From NCBI GenBank assembly GCA_035651095.1, contig DASRGI010000274.1, positions 1,489 through 65,488 of the forward strand: a DNA stretch of 64,000 nt, in the 5' to 3' direction. This DNA is from Acidimicrobiales bacterium. Lineage in GTDB: Bacteria; Actinomycetota; Acidimicrobiia; Acidimicrobiales; JAUTXP01. The position numbers were made by a program, and so were the translations under genes. Below the pieces are notes generated by a model. The model was not told the DNA's origin. It did not search any database and worked only from the letters and a program-made list of their open reading frames with translations. How positions within the stretch are numbered: the first letter of the stretch is position 1; each line of letters opens with the position of its first letter. Positions 56,154 through 64,000 of the stretch are shown piece by piece.

Positions 56154-58279
56154 GCCAGCTCGTCGTCGAGGACCAGGGCCTCGACGTCGGAGGCCCGCCG
56201 GGGACGGGCGCCCACGTGGCCCCGGGCCACGGCCAACTCGTGCAACCGCCGCTGGGCGGCGACGGGCTCGGCGCCCGCGCCGGTGCCGGCGGCCGGCTGG
56301 ACCCGCTGCCACCGGCCGTCGCCGTCCAGCTCCCACGCCTGCGTGTTGTCGGCCAGGGACACATCGAGGATCTCGTCCAGGCGTCCCTGGAGCTCTCGCC
56401 CCTCCACGAACACCATGGCCTCCACGCGCGAGTGCAGGTTGCGGGGCATGAGGTCGGCCGAGCCGATGAGATAGCGCGTGCCCGGCTCACCCGGCGTGCC
56501 GAAGCGAAGGATGCGCGAGTGCTCCAGGTACCGGCCCACGATCGAGCGCACCCGGATCGTGTCGGAGATGCCGGGGACCCCCGGGCGCAGGCAGCAGATG
56601 CCCCGCACGATGAGGTCGATGCCGGCCCCCGCCTGCGAGGCCGCGTACAGGGCGTCGATGACGGCAGGGTCGGCCAGGCTGTTGACCTTGAGGGTGATGC
56701 GGCCGCCCGGGTGCGCCTGCCCGGCGATGAGGTCGACCACCTGGCCGGACAGCGTGTCGGGTGCCAGCACCAGCCGGTCGTAGGTGACGTTGCGGCTGTA
56801 GCCGGTGAGGAAGTTGAACAGCTCGCTCAGGTCGGCGCCCAGCACGGGGTCGGCCGACAGGAGCCCGATGTCCTCGTACAGCCGGGCTGTCTCCGGGTTG
56901 TAGTTGCCGGTCCCGATGTGCGAGTACCGGCGCACCACCTCGTCCTCCAGGCGGGCCACCAGCGCCACCTTGGCATGGGTCTTGAGGCCGACCAGCCCGT
57001 ACACCACGTGCACGCCGGCGTCCTCCATGGCCCGGGCCCATGCGATGTTGGCCTCCTCGTCGAAGCGGGCCTTGAGCTCGACGATGGCGACCACCTGCTT
57101 GTTGGCCTGGGCCGCCCGGATGAGGGCCTTCACGATGGGACTGTCGCCCGACGTGCGGTACAGCGTCATCTTGATGGCGAGGACGTTGCGATCGCTTGCC
57201 GCCTGTTTGATGAACGATTCGACCGAACTGTTGAACGATTCGTACGGGTGGTGCACGAGGATGTCGCCCTCCTGCAGCGCTCCGAAGATGTCGCCTTCGG
57301 CCGCGGCCAGGTGGCGCTCGGTGACCGACGGCCAGGGGTCGTCCTTCAGGTCGGGGCGGGCCAGCGCGTGCACGGCCCACAGCCCGGTCAGGTCGAGGGG
57401 CCCGTCGATCACGTAGACGTCCTCGGGCTCCAGCTCCAGTTCGGCCAGCAGGAGGCTCAGGATCTCGTCGGACATCGTGGCGTCGACCTCGAGGCGCACG
57501 CCCCGGCCCCGGCGCCGGCGGCGCAACTCCAACTCCACGGCGGCGAGGAGGTCGTCGGCTTCCTGGTCGCCCCCCGTGAGGTCGGCGTTGCGGGTGACCC
57601 GGAAGGGGAAGTGGCACTCCACCTCCATGCCCGGGAAGAGCAACTGGATGTGGGCGGCGATCACCTGCTCCAGGGGCACGAAGCGTTCGCCGTCGGGGAG
57701 GACGACGAAACGGGGCAGCAGCGCGGGCACCTTCACGCGGGCGAAGCGGCGCTCGCCCGTGGCTGCGTCCCGCACCATGACGGCCAGGTTCAGGGACAGG
57801 TCGGAGATGTGCGGAAACGGGTGCCCGGGGTCGACCGACAGCGGCGTGAGGACGGGGAACACCTTCTCGTCGAAGACCGTCTCGAGGAACTTGCGGTCGT
57901 CATCGTCGAGCGACGTCCACGCCGACATGCGGATGCCGGCCCGGGCCAGGGCGGGCACGATCTCCTGCGTGAACAGCGCGGTCTCGCGGTCGACCAGGTC
58001 GAGGACCACCGTGCGCAACTCGGCCAGTTGCTCCACGGCCGACATGCCGCCCACGCCGATCTGGGGCACGCCCGCGGCCACCTGGTCCTTGAGGCCGGCC
58101 ACGCGCACGCGGAAGAACTCGTCCAGGTTCTGGCTGAAGATGGCGAGGAACTTGCACCGCTCCAGCAGCGGGACCGACTCGTCCTCGGCCAGAGCCAGCA
58201 CCCGGGCGTTGAACGCCAGCCACGACAGCTCGCGGTCGAGGTACGGACCGACGCCGGCCACGTGGACGGCGGTGGTCAC
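56150..58279 (-). CDS. ppk: Polyphosphate kinase 1
   Basis: YLDRELSWLAFNARVLALAED..PLLERCKFLAIFSQNLDEFF, the autophosphorylated His region (HHPYESF) and tandem PLD-like HKD-type motifs (HAKVALV, HSRIL). The start is taken at GTG 58279, 4 nt after the ROK gene stop. Confidence 0.92.
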   Translation of the reverse strand: MTTAVHVAGVGPYLDRELSWLAFNARVLALAEDESVPLLERCKFLAIFSQNLDEFFRVRVAGLKDQVAAGVPQIGVGGMSAVEQLAELRTVVLDLVDRETALFTQEIVPALARAGIRMSAWTSLDDDDRKFLETVFDEKVFPVLTPLSVDPGHPFPHISDLSLNLAVMVRDAATGERRFARVKVPALLPRFVVLPDGERFVPLEQVIAAHIQLLFPGMEVECHFPFRVTRNADLTGGDQEADDLLAAVELELRRRRRGRGVRLEVDATMSDEILSLLLAELELEPEDVYVIDGPLDLTGLWAVHALARPDLKDDPWPSVTERHLAAAEGDIFGALQEGDILVHHPYESFNSSVESFIKQAASDRNVLAIKMTLYRTSGDSPIVKALIRAAQANKQVVAIVELKARFDEEANIAWARAMEDAGVHVVYGLVGLKTHAKVALVARLEDEVVRRYSHIGTGNYNPETARLYEDIGLLSADPVLGADLSELFNFLTGYSRNVTYDRLVLAPDTLSGQVVDLIAGQAHPGGRITLKVNSLADPAVIDALYAASQAGAGIDLIVRGICCLRPGVPGISDTIRVRSIVGRYLEHSRILRFGTPGEPGTRYLIGSADLMPRNLHSRVEAMVFVEGRELQGRLDEILDVSLADNTQAWELDGDGRWQRVQPAAGTGAGAEPVAAQRRLHELAVARGHVGARPRRASDVEALVLDDELA

Positions 58280-58283
58280 TGCG

Positions 58284-59255
58284 TCACGACCGGCCCGCCA
58301 AGTCGGCCGCCAGCAGGGCGGCGCCGATGGCGCCCCCGCGATCGCCCAGTGCCGTCGGCACCACGCGCACCGGGTTGTCTCGATAGACGCGGCTGCGCCC
58401 CGCCTGCTCCACCCGTCCGACGAAGGCAGGACCGAGCCGGTCGGCGAGTCCCCCACCCAGCACCACCATGGGCACGTCCAAGAGCGTAACGGCGCTGGCG
58501 ATGGCGATGCCCAACGTCGTGACGGCGTCGTCCAACAGTTCGACGGCGAGCACGTCACCGGCGGCCAGCGCCTTGGCGAACACGCTCGACGTCATGCGCC
58601 GGGCCGGCGCCAGGTCGACGAGCATCGTGTCGCGACCGCGGGACTCGAGGGTCCGAGCCCGGCGCTCCATGGACGCCCGGCCGGCGTAGACCTCCAGGTG
58701 GCCACGCCCGCCGCAGCGGCACACCCGGCCGTCCGGGCGCACGATCACATGGCCGATCTCGGCGGCCAGCCCGGACGGCCCTCGGCGCAACTCGTTGCCG
58801 AGGATGAGCCCGCCCCCCACGCCCGTGCCCACGAACACGCCCAGGACGTCGGGCACGCCCTGGGCCACGCCCCGGCGGTGCTCGGCCAGGGTGCCCACGT
58901 TCACGTCGTTGTCGACCATGACCGCCCGGCCGTCGAGGGCGTCGGACAGCGCCGCGCCCAGGTCGAAGGGCCCCACCCACCCTGACAGGTTGGGGGCGAA
59001 GCGCACCGTACTGGCGTCGGCGTCGACGTTGCCGGGCACACCGATACCCACCAGGTTGGCCCGCTTGGGTGCACCCAACCCGTCCACCACCTTGCGGACG
59101 GCGTCCACCACGGCCAACGGACCGCCCTGCACGGGCGTCTTGCCCTTGGCCTCGGCGATGACGTCGTTGCCCTCGAGGAGGACGGCGTAGATCTTGGTCG
59201 CGCCCAGGTCGATGCCAATCAGCGATCGCGGGGGCACGGCCCCGCAGTTCAGCAC
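58284..59255 (-). CDS. ROK family sugar kinase (glucokinase-like)
   Basis: IGIDLGATKI, DNDVNVGTLAE and the ROK zinc motif GHVIV...RVCRCGGRGHLE. Confidence 0.85.
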   Translation of the reverse strand: MLNCGAVPPRSLIGIDLGATKIYAVLLEGNDVIAEAKGKTPVQGGPLAVVDAVRKVVDGLGAPKRANLVGIGVPGNVDADASTVRFAPNLSGWVGPFDLGAALSDALDGRAVMVDNDVNVGTLAEHRRGVAQGVPDVLGVFVGTGVGGGLILGNELRRGPSGLAAEIGHVIVRPDGRVCRCGGRGHLEVYAGRASMERRARTLESRGRDTMLVDLAPARRMTSSVFAKALAAGDVLAVELLDDAVTTLGIAIASAVTLLDVPMVVLGGGLADRLGPAFVGRVEQAGRSRVYRDNPVRVVPTALGDRGGAIGAALLAADLAGRS

Positions 59256-59309
59256 GCGCGGGTGAGCGTGCGCTGTCCTGGGGGTGAATTCGGGGTGAAC
59301 TCGGCGGGA

Positions 59310-59942
59310 TCAGCCCAGGCGGAGGCGCTGGGTGACGTTCACGGCGTGGTCGCCCAACCGCTCGAAGAAGCGAGCGGCCAGAGCCATCTGGATGGCGACG
59401 GGGACGGAGACCCTGGCCGACGCCAACTCGGCCGTGAGGCTCACGTGCAGGTCGTCGATCTCGTCGTCGATGGCGCGGAGACGGTTGCCGGCCTTGGTGT
59501 CCCTGGCCATGTAGGCGTCGGCGGCCATGCCCCACATCTCCACGCCCACCGCGCCCATCTGGGCCACCAGGTCACGGCCCCGCGGCGTCAGCCAGGCGCC
59601 CAGGTTCTGTGCGGCCAGGGCGGCGATGTGGGTGGCCAGGTCGCCACTGCGTTCCAACTCCGGCGCGATGCGCACGATCATGAGCAGGTTGCGGGCCTCG
59701 GCCTCGCCCGGGCCGCCCGGTTGGGTGAGCCCGCGCAGGGCCAGGTCCTCGATGCGGGCGTGGAGCTCGTCCATGGCCTCGTCCTCGGCCGCCACCCGGC
59801 GGGCCGCCTCGCGGTTCCCGGTGAGGAAGGCGTCGGTGGCACCACCCAACGCCTCGCGCACGAGGGTGAAGGCACCGACGACCAGGCTGTCCAACTCGGC
59901 CAGGTCGACGGGCGAAACCGAGTGGAGCGTCATCCCGGCCAA
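59310..59942 (-). CDS. phoU: PhoU-domain phosphate signalling protein
   Basis: Two PhoU repeats carrying E..D...D-type motifs (AAEDEAMDELH..., AIDDEIDDLH...) and FFERLGDHAVNV. Confidence 0.85.
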   Translation of the reverse strand: MAGMTLHSVSPVDLAELDSLVVGAFTLVREALGGATDAFLTGNREAARRVAAEDEAMDELHARIEDLALRGLTQPGGPGEAEARNLLMIVRIAPELERSGDLATHIAALAAQNLGAWLTPRGRDLVAQMGAVGVEMWGMAADAYMARDTKAGNRLRAIDDEIDDLHVSLTAELASARVSVPVAIQMALAARFFERLGDHAVNVTQRLRLG

Positions 59943-60000
59943 CGTACGGCCGGTGTTCGCTCAGGGGAAGTGAACTCTTGGCGAACAAGCCCGCCGCGGC

Positions 60001-60798
60001 TCAGATGGCGGCGGCCATCGGGCCGAGTGTGGCGAGCGGGGCGGTGGAGGTCGTGGTCTCCACCGCCCCCGCGCCTGCCTCGGCCAGGCCCCGCAAGGGG
60101 GTGAGCGTGACCCAGCCTTCCTGGAGGAGCACGAGATCGGTGTCGGGCGCCAGCGCGGGCGCGGCACCGGGGGGCAGGGTGAGCTGCAACGTGTCGCCCG
60201 CCTGTTCGACCACCCGCGCCTGAACGATGCCCGCCGGGGCCAACCCGGCCCGTCGCATGCCCCGCACGTCATCCGGCGGGCGGTTCGGGACGTTCACGTT
60301 CAGGGCGACGGGCGGCCTGGCCTGGCCCACCGACGGCAGCAGCTCGCACGCCACGCCGGCCGCGGTGGCGAAGGCGAGCGGGTGACCGAGGTCCAGGCTG
60401 ACGGCCATGGCGGGGATGCCGAAGGCCAGCGCCGTGAGGGCCGCCCCCACCGTGCCCGAGTGGAGCACGGCGTGGCCCACGTTGGCCCCGGCATTGATCC
60501 CCGCCACGACGGCGTCGGGCCGACCGCCGAAGCCGCCCAGGCACCCGCACACCACGGCGAGGGCAGGCGGCCCGTCCACGGCGACCGCAGTGGTGCCGGG
60601 CGGGAGCTCGGGCAGGGTCACACGGTCGTAACGCACCCGGCCGTCCACGTGGACCGGACCGAGGGCGGCGCCCATGCCGCTCCAGTCGACGTGGGGCGCG
60701 ACCACGGTGACGTCGTGGCCGGCGGCGGCGAGAGCATCGGCCAGCACGGCGATCCCGGGAGCGAACACCCCGTCGTCGTTGGTCACGAGGACGCGCAT
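60001..60798 (-). CDS. surE: 5'/3'-nucleotidase SurE
   Basis: MRVLVTNDDGVFAPGI...GINAGANVGHAVLHSGTVGAA. Start taken at ATG 60798 within the longer ORF. Confidence 0.85.
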   Translation of the reverse strand: MRVLVTNDDGVFAPGIAVLADALAAAGHDVTVVAPHVDWSGMGAALGPVHVDGRVRYDRVTLPELPPGTTAVAVDGPPALAVVCGCLGGFGGRPDAVVAGINAGANVGHAVLHSGTVGAALTALAFGIPAMAVSLDLGHPLAFATAAGVACELLPSVGQARPPVALNVNVPNRPPDDVRGMRRAGLAPAGIVQARVVEQAGDTLQLTLPPGAAPALAPDTDLVLLQEGWVTLTPLRGLAEAGAGAVETTTSTAPLATLGPMAAAI

Positions 60799-60802
60799 GG
60801 GC

Positions 60803-61639
60803 TCAGCAGACCACGCCCAGCTGTCGCGCCGGCAAGGCCGGGACGGCGGCGGGGTGAACGTCAGGTGATGTTTGGCGGGAGCACCCGTGGGCGGCCCCGC
60901 TGTGCACGAGAAGGCGGCGGGCGGCTGACCCAACGCCGAGCGCCATCGCGCTGTGTGCAGCAATGCGCACTGTTCGCGAGCTGCGGCGCACGGAACACGC
61001 CGTCAGGCGATGCGTACGGCGACCTCTGCTGTAGAGCCGGGCGGCCCCGAGGACGGCCAGGCCGGCCAGACCGGCGGCGATGACCGTGGTCACCACCGCG
61101 AGCAGCCACACCGGGCTCAGCCGGCCCAGGCCGTAGAGCGCGGCCAGTTGCACGAGGGTGCCGGCAGCATCGGCCGTCGCCACCCGCCGGGCCGAGAGGT
61201 CGGACATGCCCGCCAGCGCCAACACCTTTCCGGTGGGCGAGCACGCCACCAGCACCAGGCCGAAGCGGTGGAACAGGCGGGCGAGCGTGCGGTCGACGGC
61301 CCGGCTCAACGCCCAGCGGCTCGCCAGGTCGTGGATGCGGGGGCCGTGGTGGCGGGCCAGGAGGAAGTTCGGCGCGTCGGCGGCGGTGAGGCGAGCAAAG
61401 GCGACGAGGGCGAAGGCGCCGGGGCTGGTGTGATGGGCCGCGGCAATCAGGAACGGGCAGCGCGGGGCCAGAGCGACGAGCAGCAGCGGGTGAGCGTGCA
61501 GCAGGTGGGGCGAGAGGGCGGTGCCCAGGGCCGAGAGAGCCGAGAGCAGGGGAAGGACGGCTACCAGCGCGAACTGAAACCCAGGGCCGACGGTTCGGCG
61601 CCGGCCCGGGACTGCTGGCGTCGGAGCACGTCGGCCCAC
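60803..61639 (-). CDS. Multi-pass membrane protein (possibly DedA/VTT-like) with a low-quality ~75-aa C-terminal tail
   Basis: Hydrophobic helices span residues ~20-200. The family call is weak. The last ~230 nt (60803-61030) have noticeably lower GC3 by hand count (about 65% over a sample of 23 codons) and contain repeat copy 2. That part may not be genuine coding sequence. Confidence 0.45.
   Translation of the reverse strand: MGRRAPTPAVPGRRRTVGPGFQFALVAVLPLLSALSALGTALSPHLLHAHPLLLVALAPRCPFLIAAAHHTSPGAFALVAFARLTAADAPNFLLARHHGPRIHDLASRWALSRAVDRTLARLFHRFGLVLVACSPTGKVLALAGMSDLSARRVATADAAGTLVQLAALYGLGRLSPVWLLAVVTTVIAAGLAGLAVLGAARLYSRGRRTHRLTACSVRRSSRTVRIAAHSAMALGVGSAARRLLVHSGAAHGCSRQTSPDVHPAAVPALPARQLGVVC
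60945..60995. repeat. About 45-nt conserved motif, copy 2 (GTGTGCAGCAATGCGCA core)
   Basis: 60953-60969 are identical to 43201-43217, and flanking similarity continues (CGCG..GTGTGCAGCAATGCGCA.CT.T.CGCGA.CTGC.GC.CAC.GAA). It lies about 155-197 nt upstream of surE. Confidence 0.5.
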
Positions 61640-61666
61640 ACCGCCAATGTCCGCAATCGATATGAC

Positions 61667-63016
61667 CTAACCGTGCCGTCCGGGGAACGAGCGCAAGAAC
61701 GTTCTCTGGCAACTGGGTTGCGGTACTCGCAACTGTGTTGCAACAGAACGGCGGGCGGCGGCGCTGGCCAGGGCGAGGGCGAGGAGCCCGAGGGCGAACC
61801 ACGGGCTGGGCTGCCCACCGCCGGTAGCCGGGAGAGCGCCGCGGCCGTTGGCGCCGGCGCCGCTCCCCGTGCCGGCCAAGCTGCCCGGCCCCGTCGCGCC
61901 CGTCCCGGCCGCCGACGCACTGGCGGGTCCGGGACCGTTGAACACGTCGGCCCCGAAGGGCACCAGCCCGTCGGCGGCGGCGTAGCCCAGGTGGTCGAGC
62001 CCGAACAGGTCCTCCATGCTGCGGAGGAACGAGTAGTGGTTGTAGGCCGTGTTGTTGACCGAGCCGGGCACCACCCACGGCGACAGGACCACTGCGCTGG
62101 TCTTGCCCCCGCCCGGCCCGATGATGCCGGGCAGGGGCGAGTTCGGACCGTTGGTCTCGCCGCAGCAGGAGGCGGCGTCGGTAGTGGTGTTACCGACCTC
62201 GGCCTCGTCGAACGTGATCAGCAGCATGCCGCCCTGGAGGTAGGCGGGCGAGGCCAGGATGCGGGGCACCCAGGTCTGCAAGAACGTGTTGATCGCCACC
62301 AGCCCGCCCGGCGCCCCGCCGGCGCAGGTCGGCGTGTCGTGTCCGTCATTGCACAGGTTGGGCGTGATGAACGAGAAGTTGGGCGTGGTGGCCACCGACG
62401 CCAGGTCGCCGGCCAGCCGGTCAAGAGGCACGTCGTTGGCCGCACACGCAGGGGTGTCGATGATGGAGTGGAAGTACACGAACGGGTTGTGGCGGGCCGC
62501 GTACTGGTCGCCGACCTTGGCTTGCTGGGTGTCGTCCTGGGAGTTGCGCGCGGGGTGCCGGCACGGCGTGCCCATGTCCTCCAAGTAGCCCTTCCAGGTG
62601 AGGCCCTTGGCCGCCAGCTGGTCGGCCAGCGTCTGCACCGTCGCTGGGTACACGCAGCCCTGTCCCACAGCTTGGCCGGGACTGACGACCAGCCCCGGGC
62701 CCACGAAGTCCTTGTAGATCTGGCAGTCGCCCTGGGTGTCGGCGTTGGGTGCCTGGCCGCTGATCATGGCGATGTAGTTGTCGAGCGAGGCGTGGCCGAT
62801 GCCGTAGTAGTCGGCCAGGAACTGGCCGGCGGCAGGAAGCGTGTGGGCCAGGTATGGCGCCGGCGAGTTGGGGGCGAACGTCTCGCTGGAATTCTTGTTC
62901 TCCAACACGATGACGAAGACGTGCTTGACCGGCGGCAGAGTGGCGGCACTGGCAGGTCTTGGAACTGCGAGCACCGCGGCCAATGCAGCCGCGATCCCCC
63001 AGACGAGATGGCGCAT
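61667..63016 (-). CDS. Phosphoesterase family (acid phosphatase/phospholipase C-like, PF04185-type) protein with signal peptide and C-terminal LPXTG-type sorting signal
   Basis: Signal peptide MRHLVWGIAAALAAVLAVPRPASA. Motifs VFVIVLENKNSSETF, PNLCNDGHD and LITFDE. The C-terminal LPATGG is followed by a hydrophobic helix (WFALGLLALALASAAA) and RR. Confidence 0.8.
   Translation of the reverse strand: MRHLVWGIAAALAAVLAVPRPASAATLPPVKHVFVIVLENKNSSETFAPNSPAPYLAHTLPAAGQFLADYYGIGHASLDNYIAMISGQAPNADTQGDCQIYKDFVGPGLVVSPGQAVGQGCVYPATVQTLADQLAAKGLTWKGYLEDMGTPCRHPARNSQDDTQQAKVGDQYAARHNPFVYFHSIIDTPACAANDVPLDRLAGDLASVATTPNFSFITPNLCNDGHDTPTCAGGAPGGLVAINTFLQTWVPRILASPAYLQGGMLLITFDEAEVGNTTTDAASCCGETNGPNSPLPGIIGPGGGKTSAVVLSPWVVPGSVNNTAYNHYSFLRSMEDLFGLDHLGYAAADGLVPFGADVFNGPGPASASAAGTGATGPGSLAGTGSGAGANGRGALPATGGGQPSPWFALGLLALALASAAARRSVATQLRVPQPSCQRTFLRSFPGRHG
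61709..61741. promoter_or_regulatory. Tandem GCAAC-N3-GTTGC palindromes (candidate operator pair)
   Basis: GCAACTGGGTTGC (61709-61721) and GCAACTGTGTTGC (61729-61741) are separated by 7 nt. An AGAACGTTCT palindrome lies at 61696-61705. All are inside the last 75 nt of the phosphoesterase ORF, 70-100 nt upstream of the next gene's ORF start (61639). Confidence 0.35.
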
Positions 63017-63206
63017 CTCCTACTTGTAGGGCCAACGGCTTATCGCTGTCCATCGGGATGGTGAACAACACCGGAAATCCCCGGCCGAGAAAAGGGCGGG
63101 GACGCTCGCAGGGCGAATCACTCGCATGCACTCTGGGCTGTCTCCCGACGCTCCGCTGTGTGCGTTTCGTACGACATCAGTGATCGCTGAGAGGAGAAGC
63201 GTCGTC

Positions 63207-64000
63207 ATGCCCATCAGCCGTCGGGAGTTCCTGGCCGCCGCGGGAGCGGTGGGAGCCGTCGTCGCCACCAAGAGCTGGCCCACCATCGCCGGGGCCTCGC
63301 CGCCGCCCACGCTGCCCGACCCCGGGAGCAGCGGCATCGAGCACATCGTCGTGCTCGTCATGGAGAACCGCTCCTTCGACCACTTCCTGGGGTGGGCGCC
63401 GGGCGCCACCGGCACGCAGGCGGGCCTGACCTACAACGACGACCTGGGCGTGTCCCACCCCACGCACCAGCTCCTCGACTGGACGGGCTGCGGCTTCAAC
63501 GATCCCGACCACTCCTACGACGGCGGGCGCACGCAGCTCGACGGCGGCTTGTGCGACGGCTTCCGCAAGGGCGCCAACGACGACTACGCCCTGGGCTACT
63601 ACGTGCGCAGCCAGTTGCCCACCAACTCGGCCCTGGTCGACGACTTCACCATCTGCGACAACTACTTCTGCTCGATCCTCGGGCCCACGTTCCCCAACCG
63701 CTTCTACACCCACGCGGCCCAGACGGACCGGATCGACAACGCCCTCGCCCAGTCGTTCCTGCCCACCATCTGGGACGAGCTGGCGGCAGCCAACGTGTCG
63801 GCCACCTACTACTTCAGCGACGAGCCCTTCCTGGCCCTGTGGGGCCAGAAGTACCTGCCCATCGCCAGGCACGTGGCCGGCTTCTTCGCCGATGCCGCAG
63901 CCGGGACGCTGCCCTCGTACTCGTACATCGACCCGTTCTTCGTGGGTGAGGACCAGGGCGGGTCGAACGACGACCACCCCCACGCCGACATCCGCCGGGG
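63207..64000 (+). CDS. Tat-secreted phosphoesterase / non-haemolytic phospholipase C family protein (5' part; runs off the window)
   Basis: This frame is absent from the ORF track because there is no stop before the window end. ATG 63207 follows GAGGAG. Tat signal SRREFLAAAGAVGAVVA. Motifs HIVVLVMENRSFDHFLGW, TFPNRFY and NDDHPH. GC3 is very high when read codon by codon. Confidence 0.85.
   Translation, partial: MPISRREFLAAAGAVGAVVATKSWPTIAGASPPPTLPDPGSSGIEHIVVLVMENRSFDHFLGWAPGATGTQAGLTYNDDLGVSHPTHQLLDWTGCGFNDPDHSYDGGRTQLDGGLCDGFRKGANDDYALGYYVRSQLPTNSALVDDFTICDNYFCSILGPTFPNRFYTHAAQTDRIDNALAQSFLPTIWDELAAANVSATYYFSDEPFLALWGQKYLPIARHVAGFFADAAAGTLPSYSYIDPFFVGEDQGGSNDDHPHADIRR

Noticed and set aside
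60803-61030. Calling a separate gene or pseudogene for the tail of the 60803..61639 ORF.
   Set aside because: There is no in-frame stop before 60803 and no alternative ORF with coding signal. I can only note the drop in GC3 and the embedded repeat. Whether the tail is translated cannot be decided from sequence alone.
63017-63206. PHO box (PhoP direct repeats) between the divergent phosphoesterase genes, based on GGTGAAC at about 63059-63065.
   Set aside because: Only a single GTTCACC-like unit is present. The 11-nt-phased neighbour (CGATGGACAGC) does not match, so the evidence is insufficient for a PhoP site.

Overview
By eye (not computed), this 64-kb window is very GC-rich, roughly 70%, with about 60 densely packed genes. 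The gene content looks like a chromosome of the Actinomycetota: MarP-type protease, a mycothiol-dependent DinB/MDMPI enzyme, amtB-glnK plus glnD, an LPXTG-anchored protein and LAL/LuxR regulators. That taxonomic call is inference only. I found no rRNA, tRNA, CRISPR array, transposase, integrase or phage gene. Most long six-frame ORFs that overlap the genes below are antisense or off-frame shadow ORFs, which are typical of high-GC DNA.

Layout:
- 1-5.7 kb: YceH, M48 protease, REC-GGDEF regulator, DUF3892, HtrA-like protease, HxlR.
- 5.7-12.7 kb: a regulator-rich, accessory-looking stretch. It holds a LuxR regulator with a pseudo-receiver, an XRE regulator, an ECF sigma factor fused to a membrane helix and a BNR propeller, and a GAF 'histidine kinase' that lacks the phospho-His, coupled to a 67-aa RHH protein.
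- 12.9-21 kb: metabolism and surface genes (PRTase, deacetylase, YVTN propeller, glyA, Ig-like repeat protein, MDMPI, MDR dehydrogenase).
- 21.2-23.9 kb: two adjacent decayed genes, a poxB remnant with an internal in-frame deletion and a frameshifted neutral ceramidase.
- 24-36 kb: DUF47-Pit, acetoacetyl-CoA synthetase-hmgA, DoxX, DinB, pirin, GH127 and a MacB-type ABC transporter.
- 36.3-41.3 kb: amtB-glnK-unknown gene, divergent from glnD.
- 41.3-43 kb: marP-like protease and hsp20.
- 43.4-55.2 kb: a chain of stress genes, LAL regulator-sORF-dnaK-grpE-cbpA-cbpM-clpB-hdeD-usp-SDH protease-trx2. Nearly every junction is a 1- or 4-nt start/stop overlap.
- 55.2-64 kb: a phosphate-themed cluster (orphan receiver, SixA-like phosphatase, ppk1, ROK kinase, phoU, surE, two phosphoesterases).

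The most unusual signals are the coupled stress super-operon with cbpA/cbpM in place of dnaJ/hspR, the membrane-tethered sigma factor, the pseudokinase-RHH pair, a sequence-conserved palindromic hairpin family at convergent gene ends, and a second roughly 45-nt repeat upstream of hsp20 and surE. All family assignments come from motif recognition by eye. No database search was run.
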